Below the pieces are notes generated by a model. That model made no database searches. It worked only from the letters and a program-made list of their open reading frames with translations, and was not told the DNA's origin. Positions 1 through 11,500 of a DNA stretch of 64,000 nt are shown in pieces. This stretch comes from Camelus dromedarius (taxonomy: Eukaryota). The translations under genes and the position numbers were made by a program. Location: the NCBI RefSeq assembly GCF_036321535.1, contig NC_087437.1, forward strand, positions 94,986,001 through 95,050,000. The letters run 5' to 3'. The number at the start of each line of letters is the position of its first letter. Position 1 is the stretch's first letter.

Positions 1-3000
1 TAAGAACCCAATTAAATAAATAATAATATATCTGTGAAATAGATTAGTCAGCTATTGGAAAGGATGATATACATTTTTATTCATTAACATGGAAAGTGTC
101 ATTTATTTAGAGAGATAATAAAAGTAAGATAATGTTATCTAATGTCATCTACTGTTAACAGTGGTGACCACTGGGATTGGAAATGTTCAGTGACAACTTT
201 GTTTTATAATTTTTTCTATTGATTGAATTTTCTATATGGATAAGCACTGAGTGTATAATTTAAGTAACATTTCGTGGGAAAATTTAAAAACTGAATTTAG
301 ATGAGGTTTAGAGTCTTCACTGGGATATATGTCCTCTTTTGCTAACTGGTAATTAATATAGTTTTTGTTTTATAAAAGTAACTAAGTATATTAAAAAATA
401 AAATCAACTTCCCTAAAAGTGAATTTTATTTTGGAAAATATATTAGTCATACTATAGTTTATATCCAATTATATATTAAATTATTTCTTTCTGATTTTTC
501 CCAGATGATCTTGCCAAATTGACTTCTCATTTTTGTTCTAAGTTTATTGAGTGAGTAAAATATATCATTACAAATACATAAACATTAATCTAAGGTAAGC
601 AAAATATGAGTTTTCCATCATAAGCATTCCTCAAAATAAGAAGCCTGCAATATGATTAGTTTTCATTAACAACTGGTTATAATTAATAATAAACCAAATA
701 ATTTTTCTCTACAAAAGAATGAAGATAAAATTTACAACCATTAAATATCACTAACCTTTCTCAGAATACTGAGTGTTTTGCTGATGGCCAAAGAAAGACC
801 CTTTTGTTAAGTAAATCAAGTTCATTGGAATTAAAGGCATGTATCTTACCTTTCCTGTGACCCTCTTTATAATGTGCTCACTGTGTTTATTTAAAAAGTA
901 ATTAAATCTAGCAATCCAGAATACACAATTTAAACTTCTATTATTTTTACGTTTGTAAGAATTTGTGTATTTTCAAAAATATGAACTCAAAGAACTACAA
1001 TTTAACTTCTACATGGCTTATTAGGTAAAATGAGCTTGCTTTAAGTCATTCTACATTCTGATATTTTCTCTGACCAAAGTTGTAGTCCAATATGGCCCTA
1101 AGACAGTAGCCTGAGTTCTGAATAATTTTTATGAGAAAAATTAATCCCATTCAATTTAACGAGATAGTGGATGTTTATAATGAATAATTTGAAATCAATT
1201 TAAAAGTCATTCTGTTACACATGGATCACATAGGAGAATTATAGTGACAGAGTGTTTTCCCATATCCAATAACCAGCAGAATTAAAGTCTTGCCCCATGA
1301 GAAAAAGACGAAATTTAGTGTGAAATTGAACACAACAGTCATGAACACTAGTTGAGTTTAGTATTGTGATGCTATTGTTCACCATGACAGAAGGCGACAG
1401 AAAGAACCTTTTTCCTTTCCAAAATCGTTGAACTCCCACCAACAATCACAGTAAATACGTTTTAAACATATGTAAATGGGGATACCCTTGGTACCAGGAA
1501 ATCACAAAAATGTCCACTTAATTAACAAGTCTTTAGAAAGACGAGTTTCAGCAGTATTTCAACCCTTGATAAACACAGTTATCTATACTGTCTGGGCTGG
1601 ATTAAAATGAGTTGGGTTACTCAAACTCTCTTTATTACACTTTTTTTTTCTCTAACAAAAAACAGGATTTTCTATAAAAATTTCCCTTTATATATCCCTA
1701 TTTTTGTCATTAGTCATTCAAATTTGAAAAATCATACTTTAGCATCCATTTCTGCTTAATCATTAGCGAAGTGAAACAAGGAAAGAAAAGAAAGGTAGGA
1801 GGGAAGAACTAGAGGGAGGGAAAGAGGAAGGAATATGCTCAAGTAATTCATGTCACTTAACTTGAGTAAAAGAAGAATTGGTTTGAGTCACTCTATTTTA
1901 GTAACACATCATTAACATTTTAAAAACCTGCCTCTGTATAATGAAATTTTTTAACAATTTTAAAGTACCTATTTATATTATATCAATGCATTTTAGGTGT
2001 ACATTGAAACATAATTTCTAAAGTGAAAGACTTATGCTTAAAATTAACAGAAATATTTCTACTGCCTTTTAAAAATTAACTATCCCATTTTTCAATTTTT
2101 GTAAAAATAATTGTGTTTCTGACTGATTTCTGACCCAGACAAATGCCTGGAATTCCTTCTACGCCTTTATACACATCAACTCTTCTGGTCCTTAAGATAA
2201 TTAACTCTACTTTTCAATTAATGTTAATATACAGTAACTCTATATGATTATCTTTATAATTTCTAATGTAACGAACGTTACTAGCAGCTGCAGAGATTAT
2301 TAAAGGTAGACATCAACATGTTCAATGATTTAAGTGAATTATTCAGCACATTTCTTCTTAAATTCTTAGAAATCTGTAAGAAATATGTTTGAACACTAGT
2401 TCCCAAAATGTTCCTATGAAAAGTAGAAAAAAAGAAAAGATTTCAAGAAGCTCTTTAATGTTCAGGATTACAAAACATTGTTAATGGTTGCCTATGAATT
2501 TACTCTTAGATTAGATATGTTTTTGATATATGTGAATAGAAAAATAGAAGACTGTTTTTCTCCACTTACAAATGTATATTAGTAAGGAAAGGGGAAAGCC
2601 TGATTCCATGGAAATGATATTTCCACTTTTTTTTTTTTTTAACCAGTGTATAGAAAAATGTCACTGCATTTCCTAACACTCTCCCTCTAGTGGAGACCCT
2701 GCAATCTGCAAGTAAAGCTGTGTAAGGAACAATTATTTCCATCAGCAGCTTCAGCAGCCTATCTTTTCTAAGCCATTCTTACAATAGTGTGACATGCTCT
2801 GTACAAATTTGTCAAGCTTTTATGGAAACTTAGCCCAATTCTCTTCTTGCACAATAGCAGAAATGTAAAATATGTACTCTAGTAATAATCAGTTGATGTT
2901 ACTATAATTGCACATGCATGATGCAAATGTTTAGTTATTTTAAAAAGACATGAATTCCTAAATATAATTTAGAATTTGATGTTCACATCTGTATTTCCAT

Positions 3001-4702
3001 ATAAGTTATAAGCAGACTATTAAAATTGTTAAAACTCTGAAAAGAGCTGTTATCTATCAAACTGTTACTTGAAAGTTCTACTTTAACACATTTCAAGTTT
3101 ATCCATTAAGTTGATAGAGTAAACCATAAACACTGATCCACTTTTTAACTTAGTGTATGTCTTTTCCTTTATCAATCTATTTGGGTTTTTGCCTTTCATC
3201 TTAAAATGAGCCTAATAATATTTAATCTTTGGCAATATATATGTAAAGTGTTTTGAGACTTATTTATGCCTTGCAATAAGCTCTCCTGTTGGATTGAGAA
3301 GAGACCAGAGCCCTACTTAGGAATCTCAAAAGCCACATCACTTCAGAGTATTTGAAAAATTCAGCAGATAGTGCCATTAAATTTCACTATTAAGATCCAG
3401 AGAGCAAATTAATTTTCTTTTAGGCAATTTGATGCTTTCTAGAGGAGTTTAATTTTCTTAGTGGCATGCACTGAAAGAAAACACCAAGGGCATTTTGAAT
3501 TGAATAAAAATTTCATCCTACAGAACAGCCATGTGGTCACCACCCAATCAGGCTGCACACATAAGTATTACTACCTTTGGTTCTTTGTTACTAGAAAGCT
3601 TTTGAATAATTTCATAGGGTGTGAAATCATTGCCCTTTGGACCTGGATAAAGTTGCACGTCATAACTTACAAAACAGCAAATCCATTAGTTAATTACCTA
3701 ACTGAGATGCTTAAAAGCTACAGAGTGATTCTGTTGATCTTTGTACTCCCAGTGTCTAGCATGTTAGCTGGCCGAAAATATGCTCTTACGAGATATCTTT
3801 TAATAATGAATATGTTCCTAATGCATATAGAAGTTATGAAAGTTTTCTTTTTCATCAAGTTAGTTAAAATCAAAGACATGCCCTTGGTTATAGGGATGAT
3901 AGACTACATACACTATTAATTAATCAATTTGCTGAAACTTAAAATGATGAAGTTATTTCCTGAGTCTAAACTACGTAAGATATTAATTTTTATCTTTATA
4001 CACACTTTCTTAGCATTTGGCTAAGCACAGTTTCTCTTGGCTACCTCTATATGATAAAAATTATCATATTTTCCTATTTCCTAGCTACAAAAGTAGAATC
4101 CTTATCATTCTCTGAATCAAGAAAAAGGTGCTATCCAATGTTTTAGTGCTATTTACACAAAGCCTCTAAGTCTCTCTCACAGCCTTCAAAAGTTTATCAC
4201 TATCTTATTACAGTCTTAACAACCAGAGAAAACTCTTCCTTCTCCTCTTGCTTTGATCTCATTTGTGAAACCTTGTCTGAAAATGTTTTTTTGTTTCCAC
4301 ACTGCCAAATCTTGTCCTTCAGAACTTTAAACTGAATCTTGGATCAGATCTCACTCTTGAAGCCACATGAAGCTAAAACTTAACTTATGCCCAAACAACA
4401 TAAATTAAATCTGCATGACTCAACATGTTCCAGTGATGTATATTAGATGTATATTAGTACTTCGAAATTTTTGTGGATTAAATACCTTGCAAAGACCATA
4501 TCAGGGTAAATACTTTAAGAAAGAAGTGTTCAGAATCACTGAAATTAGATAAATAAAGAAATAGAGTTTAATTCTAAACAGTTGTTGAATTATGTTATAC
4601 CGATGATTTAAGTGCTCACTTTGTTTAAATATACAATTAACAGGATGTTGAATTTAGAAGGTTTTACTAAAATACTTGTGTTTATGCTTTTGTTAATACT
4701 AT

Positions 4703-5167
4703 TGTGGATTTTAAAAAAATAATGGATAGTCAATCTAAGAAGAAATGGAAAGTTTATTCAAGCCAAACTGAAGATTTTCATCCAGGAGACAGTCTCTCAG
4801 AGAGCTCTGAGAACTGCTGTGAAGAAATAAAGGGAGAGGTCAGCATATCTGTGATTTTGGAGAAGGGAACACGTGCAATCGAGCGCACATCTCAGTAGAA
4901 GGTTGCTGCTAGTCATGAGAAACAGGTATCTTAGTTAATGGTTTTAGTGCTTATCTAAGGATGGGAAGATGCAAGAATCCAGGTTCATAAAACATTTCTC
5001 CTGGAAATATCTAACTATCTGAAGTTCCGGCAGTTTTCCCAGAGCACAAAGTGCCTCATCCTGGTCTTCCTTTTGGGTCCCTTTCAGGATGTCCTGTAGG
5101 TCAACGTCTGCACTGGCTAATGTCTTGATTTTTATAGAGCTGGATGGTGGCCACACTCTAGTTTTCA
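4703..5167 (-). mobile_element. ERV1 LTR, MER41-like
   Basis: On the minus strand it starts TG directly after polypurine tract AAAAGGGAAGGGAT (5168-5181), has AATAAA at 4753-4758 and ends CA. Blocks such as GGGAAGATGCAAGA and CTGAGAACTGCT resemble recalled artiodactyl MER41-type LTRs. Confidence 0.7.
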
Positions 5168-5466
5168 ATCCCTTCCCTTTTGGTCTTAATTTTAACCAAG
5201 GTTGCAAAAGCATTTCATGACCAATTTGTCCCATGGCCCTAGGAAAGCTCTTTCCCAGGTCAGGCGAGGGTTTCGTAGATAGACCACTCTACGTGCTGTT
5301 ACTGGACTAGGCCCTATTAACAGTAGCCAAAAGCGTCTGGACCATCTGTCTTACAACTCTGTTATGGGCGAGGAAATGATGCCCTTTCCTTGCTTCTTCC
5401 TGTGCCTAGAGTTTTATTACAATCATTGATTTTAGAGTACTGTGCATTTTGGTCAATCATTTCAGG

Positions 5467-5680
5467 TCACCTGATCATCATTAGTTTTATCTGAGATTCA
5501 GTGACACATTTGGGAATGCAAGAAACAATCATCCTGTAAAATAGCCAGAATACAAGTAATGTAGCTAGTAACATTAATAAGGCCATAAGTAAGTATTTAA
5601 ACGAAGAACCTCCCTTAAGTGAGGCCCAGTATCTCCCCAGTTCATCTGACCAGTCTGTTCCACACCAGTCGCTATCTTTA
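5467..5680 (-). pseudogene. Retroviral env C-terminal remnant (membrane anchor and cytoplasmic tail)
   Basis: ORF 5467..5742(-) has a Trp-rich juxtamembrane stretch, hydrophobic YLLMALLMLLATLLVFWLFY and tail IVSCIPKCVTESQIKLMMIR. It lies just upstream of the PPT/LTR, where env ends in ERV1 proviruses. Confidence 0.6.
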
Positions 5681-6377
5681 AGAGAAATGATATATTGGCA
5701 TTGTACACAGAATTCACCAAAGATGTCTGCACATACAGGCAAGTGGTGGGTCGTCGCGACCCCTTACAGGATGGAGAAAGGAACGTTATCTTCTAAGGAG
5801 TTACTTGGCTGGCGCCAGCAGAAGAAAAATTGATCTTTATGGTTTAGCAGGTATTTCTGCCCTTGGGGACGTCTGGTTAATGCATAAGGCAAGATGTACA
5901 GTGCACACTGGAGGGGAGGCAGGAGGCCCAAATGGGCAGAGAAAGTTTTTATGTTTAATTTTTCTTTCTTGCCTTAAAATATCAATTTTTATTTTATCAC
6001 TATACCATTTAAAAACTCTTGAAGGTCATATTTCTAAAGCTGTGCTTCCTGTGTCCATGCAAAAAAGTATAACTTCAAATAATATTTCTAAGTAGAGATT
6101 AAAAATATTGGCAATTGATACTATTTGCTATAAATAAATACTTGTTATGTTAAGGATGTAATTTTAAGTCAAATTGAAATTAATTTATAATTTTTTTAAA
6201 TAATGACTTTTTTATGATAAATTAATAAATATGTCTAATTCTTATATCACCTCAGCAGGATTGCAGATTTTTCAGTTCTTTCTGATCAGAATCTCAATTG
6301 CTGACTTTAATTGAGTTCCGTTGTATACTGGACTCTGTCCTGGGAACTTGACACATGTTTTCTTATGCAGAGAGTCT

Positions 6378-6592
6378 GATGCAATGGTTAATAGGATGGA
6401 GTCTGGAATCCAAATTACTGGGTTCAAACCTCAGCTCCACAATTTAATAATTGTGTGATTTTGGACAAATTACTTAATATAGTGAAACTATAATAATAGA
6501 ACCTACTTCATAAATTTGTTGTAAGAATATATAAAAACTATTTAGAAAAATCCCTGGCATATAGAAAGTACTCACTAAATATTAGCTAATAT
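6378..6592 (+). mobile_element. MIR SINE (core partly deleted)
   Basis: CTGGGTTCAAACCTCAGCTCCAC...TGTGTGATTTTGGACAAATTACTTAA...CCTGGCATATAG...CTCACTAAATATTAGCT. Confidence 0.8.
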
Positions 6593-6596
6593 TAGC

Positions 6597-6702
6597 ATTC
6601 ACAATAACCTGATATGTTTTATTATCCTCATTTTATAGATGAGGAAACTGAAACCAAGAGAGGGTAAATGACTTGCCCACTGTCACAGAATTCAAATCCA
6701 GC
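6597..6702 (-). mobile_element. MIR SINE core
   Basis: ATTATCCTCATTTTATAGATGAGGAAACTGAAACCAAGAGAGGGTAAATGACTTGCCCA. Confidence 0.85.
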
Positions 6703-7248
6703 AACTGTCTTGGCCTTCAGACAGTAAACTAGACCACCTCATGATAATCCAGAAGTGTTAACGCTATCAGGTTTGGCTTCTGGAGTCAGCCAATGCAATC
6801 AAATGAATAGTGTTTTAAAGCTCAGGCTATCAAGGTGAAAAACACCGGAATTTTCTAGCCTATGTGGTGAGGGGAAAAAAATATGGCAGCAAAACACACT
6901 TCTGTGAGAATAAAATAAATTACCAGAGTGCAGCTAAGAACCAAAATTGAAATTTCCTTTATGAAAGTCTTCATTTAGTGGATTATCTCCATAGATATCT
7001 CTATCTCTAGATAGCTGAGAGAATGTCCCTTCATCACAGAATTAAGTACTATCTGTGGACTAAAGGTGTTCCAGTTGCAATGGTTTGAACTCTCTTCTTT
7101 TTGTCTTTGTTTTTGTTTTTTTGAAAGAGTAGTTCACTTCTCCACTGATTGGCCCATGTGGAGTAAATTAGACCATTGAGACTAAGCTAGATTGGGCTAC
7201 AGTTTCTACCATTTCTCAACATAAGATTTCAGTTAAGAATGAAACTGG

Positions 7249-7285
7249 ATACTTACCTGGCAAGGGAGATACCATGATCAGGAAG
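7249..7285 (+). pseudogene. 3'-truncated (tailless) U1 snRNA retropseudogene, U1 nt 1-37
   Basis: ATACTTACCTGGCAAGGGAGATACCATGATCAGGAAG matches the U1 5' end (AUACUUACCUGGCAGGGGAGAUACCAUGAUCACGAAG) with 2 mismatches. TSDs are AAGAATGAAACTGG (7235-7248) and AAGAACGAAATTGG (7283-7296). Confidence 0.92.
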
Positions 7286-8487
7286 AACGAAATTGGCTAT
7301 TTTGAGCGTGGTGTTAAAAAAGTTTGTAGTTAAATGTCTATTTTTATTTGGCCTCAGATGTTATCCTTTCAGACATAAACTGTTCTTTAGCCAATTTATT
7401 TGCAATTCCTAAGTAGAAATAAATGGTAAGCCGTAGATAAATAAATGCAGAATCTACCATCAATCAGTTGATAGACATAGACAATAGTACAACAATAAAT
7501 TACTTGCAAAATCTTCACAACCACCACATTTGAAAACATACCATTTACTTTGTGCATTTATTTTTCTGCCTAAGAGCCAAATATCTTAAACGCTTTTAGT
7601 CTTTCTTTATGTTCAACTCTTTTCCAGTCACTATTCACAAATGAACAATTTTTTTAATCAGTCAAAGTAAACTAGAGGCCTTTTCCTGATGTGTATAGAA
7701 AGTATTCCTGAAAGACTCATTAGAAGTCAACTGTATGACTGTAGAACAATACACTGCACAAGACAGGGGAGATTTCCTGCCCAGAGAGCTAAAATAAGTT
7801 CAACACACTGCTCTCCAGACCATTCAGGTCATATGCAGTGGGCAAGGAGGGATGGAGGTGAGGTGTTGGGGAGGGATCTGAGGGTAGCATGGTTTGGGCC
7901 AGGTAAGAAGACAACTAACAGGGTTATCTATCCTGTATGAAAGTGGGATTTGCAATTTAAAGTCACACAGTGGGACCCATTTCTTTTATTTACTATGAGC
8001 ATTTCTAATGCAGCTTTGTCTGTCTCACTTCATTAATCTAAAACTCAGATATTTCTTCTCTTCATTTTAAGAAAATTCATCTTCATTAACTTGGTGATTA
8101 TCATATAGTGAACTTTCAACACATTCAATATTACAAAATTCATTAGGTGCTATACTTGTAAAAATACCACGTCTTAAGTAAGGTTTCTAGTTTGCAGTCA
8201 TGCATACATGTGATTTTCATAAGTTTAATGAGCATTGTAAATGCATAAGTAGAAAAAGTTCTCTTATAGATGATATATGGCTTTTCGGGATGGCAAAATT
8301 CCAATATATTGATGTATTGGCTCACGTAAATTTAGTCAACCTTCAGATAAGAATGCCATTTGAATAGTTGGAACAGCTTAGCACTCCTAGCTGTGGAATT
8401 TCTTTTTAGCATCCTAGATATATTCCTGAGTGAGGAAGTTAGAAGTTAGAATAATACTTTAAATACAATTTCTTAAATGCCTTTGAG

Positions 8488-8592
8488 TTTTTCCCAGCTT
8501 TATTGAGATATAATTGACACATAACATTGGCTGAGTTTAGAGTGCCAACTTGGTGATTTGATACATTTGTGTATTGCAGAATGATTACCATT
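8488..8592 (-). mobile_element. Short L1 3'-end fragment (L1MA-like)
   Basis: CAGCTTTATTGAGATATAATTGACACATAACATTG...GATTTGATACAT...TGATTACCA is the reverse complement of an L1 3' terminus. Confidence 0.75.
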
Positions 8593-11500
8593 GAATTTTA
8601 AAAAGACATAGTGAAGTTAACTTTGTACTTAATGTTTTATTTGAATACGTGTAATATTGAATAATAATAGAAAACTAAAATTGCCATTTCACCATAACTT
8701 CTCATTTAAGTAAATGGTATTAATGGATCCTAAAAAATAGTCTTGAGTAAATGATCAACATAGGTAATTGGTAATATAATAGTAAATGTCATTAGTAGTC
8801 TTATATAATTTAATCCTTTATCTTATTTTAAGTATCACAAATTTCCTTGATGTTACATCAAATTTTTCCATTCTTTCCTGACTCCATGAAGAAGCTATCC
8901 TTTCCACACTGTCACAAAAGCTAGATTCCTCTGCAATGAGCCAAAGAATTAGATCCTTCATCAAGGCATGACATGAAACTTTAGCCAGGCAGTTTGCACA
9001 AACAGCTAAAGGTCTCCTTTGTGTTTGTTAGCACCACTGTGTCAGCTTTCTTGTGTTGGCAGCTTTGGGCTTTTCCAAGGAAAGCCCCAGAGAAAGTTGT
9101 TACCAGCATATATTCTACAGTTCACAGACTCTCAAAAAGGACACATTAAAACAGTTAGAATCCCCAGGGCAAATGGGGAGATTAAGTAGCCTACTCCTTT
9201 ACAGAAGCCCCCATCAGACAAAGCTGGGTATTGTGTATTCAGTACACTATCTCTTTCCAGCACTGAACTTTACTATTGTGCTCAAAGATTCGAGTTTACA
9301 AAGTATTTGGGGGGCTTTGCATAACTGTTCACTGTCACCACCACTGACAGCCATCTGAGTGTGGGAATTTTTGTAAAAGACATGATGCCTACCAAATGAT
9401 TGACCTAATATATTAATACAAGGGCAACATCTTAGCATGAGGGGGAGGACGGAGAAGTTCCCACCAATATTTGTAGCAGCCTCATTTTTTACAAGAATTC
9501 AAATTCAGGAAAGTAAAAAAAAAAATTCCTATCAAGAAAAATAACAGCCAGATTACACAGTGATGTGTACCTATCTAATTATAAAAAGTGTATGAGAGGT
9601 TTCGGTGGAAGATTTCTGGGACCCTTTAAGTTGATTTTATATTATGGAAATATTCACTTGTCCTGTTTTTCAAAGGTATTCACATAAGATAAAATGCATC
9701 ACTTCAACTCTTACATTTAGATACATACACTAAACTGGGGCCCCGATTTGATCTGCCATGTCAGAAAGCCTTGCCCTCTGGAAGTGGGATACTGAAATAA
9801 CATCCCAAGGTGAACCGCTGCTTCATGGTCAATACTTAGAAAAGGTTAAGAAAAAGCTGAATATTTAAATAAACATAAATCCTTAATTGCTCTAACCAAC
9901 TGGGGGAGAAATTGTACTTATTTGGGTCAGATACTGTTTCATCTAAAGCTTTTTAATACACCGCCTTGAAAACATGAAGGCTGTATGAATTAGCATAGCC
10001 ATGACCTTTTCTAATGTTTATATACTACTAACTCATTTCACTGAAGGATCAAACATGTTTTAATAGGCATTAATAGCAATAATACTTTATGCAAATGTTG
10101 TTTTTTCATACCTCTTTTCCATTTTTGTACATTTTTATGCTTAGTCTTTAAACTTCTGTTTAAACCCACATTGTTTGAGGCAGGTTCTAAATTTTGAGAA
10201 ACCATATTAGAAATTGAAAAATGTTCCAATTTTTTAAATTGACAGAATATAATGTAATTCTATCTTTATGGATTTCATAGACTGTATGTTAGTATACTTA
10301 CACTTCAGATGATTTATACAAATTATGAACATGCAGCAAAATGCTTTATCATGCGAATGGCTAGAAATACACATTTTCCCGGAAAACTTGAGATAGCTCT
10401 CAATTTCTCGCTACTATACTATTTACGTATAGTAACTTAACTGAAAGTTAATATTAAGAAATGAAAAAGTTCTTAAAATAATTTTTTTCTTAAAGGATGG
10501 TTATTTACATGATGGTTTTAATAATATGTATGGAATGTATCAACACTTAATAATTTATTTTCCATTTTGAACATGCATTTGATGTCAACTCTGTACACTT
10601 TTATGAACCTATCAGTGACATTATCATCTTGCTTATGTTCATGTTTGAATTTTTCTATAACATGTATAAACTTTTGAAACAGGGAAATACATCATTTAAA
10701 AAGTGATCATAATCTGAGCCTTTGATCCTAAGTACTTTTTTCCATAATGTATCTATCTCAAGAGTGAAATGTCTCCTGTGGTCATTTTGAATTAAAGAAA
10801 TAGACTCTAACTTAGAGTTTTGGCCATCTTTTAAACAGGATAAGAACTCTCATGCCTTTATAAATGGACTATCACCTTTATTGTATGAATGCCTGCAAAA
10901 TTACATTGAGATTAATCTAGGGGCCGTGAGTTTTATTTTTGTTTGCCATTAGTCACTTCATCTAAATTTAGGTTTAATTGTATTGATCATGTTCAATCTT
11001 ATACCAGATCACAAAGCAATTCAGTGGATATTGAACATGTTGCATTAAAAATATGCTACTCCCAAAGGGAAATTATTAATGAGAATTGTTCTCCATTTGC
11101 CCTATTGTAGACACAGCAAAAACTGCTTGTTTAATCACTTTCTAAATTGACAGTAGAGTGGTGTCTCAGCCCACTTCTTTTGACTTGTAGCTATTTTTAC
11201 TGTGTTCATTCAAACTTTGAAATAGCCTTACAAAATAGATTAGAGTTTGCAAACATCATTCCCTTAGAAAATACTCTTGTTGAAATAAGTCATTCTTATA
11301 TAAAATTCAGTGATTTTATGTATTTATGTTGTATGTTCAGGTATTATTTTTATATTTTAAGTTCTAGAATTTATATTTGGGAATTATGAGCAACACATAT
11401 ATGCTTCATGTCTTTTAAAGATAATCTAAAGTGTGGATAAGATCCACATATTTGAAATAAATTATTTTATTATGTGCTTCAGTATTTTTGATATTTACAA

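Larger units (their letters stand above)
4703..5999 (-). mobile_element. ERV1-class composite LTR element (LTR-like 5' part + env TM tail + PPT + MER41-like LTR)
   Basis: TG...CA termini (TG 4703-4704, CA 5998-5999) flanked by a 4-bp direct repeat CTAT (4699-4702, 6000-6003). GC content is higher than the flanks, and an internal PPT and LTR are present. Confidence 0.75.

Noticed and set aside
3461..3919. 152-aa ORF and the many other 60-120 aa ORFs in AT-rich intron
   Set aside because: Composition simply mirrors AT-rich DNA. No homology recognised and no convincing exon boundaries.
6378..6702. Tail-to-tail inverted MIR pair as a dsRNA/editing substrate
   Set aside because: The copies are highly diverged and the + copy lacks most of the core present in the - copy, so extended pairing is unlikely.
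7249..7285. Functional U1 snRNA gene
   Set aside because: Only ~37 of ~164 nt are present, with no Sm site, and the fragment is flanked by TSDs. It is a retrocopy.
9027..9050. REST/NRSE-like TTAGCACCAC...TCAGC
   Set aside because: The right half-site (GGACAG) is missing, so the match is poor.
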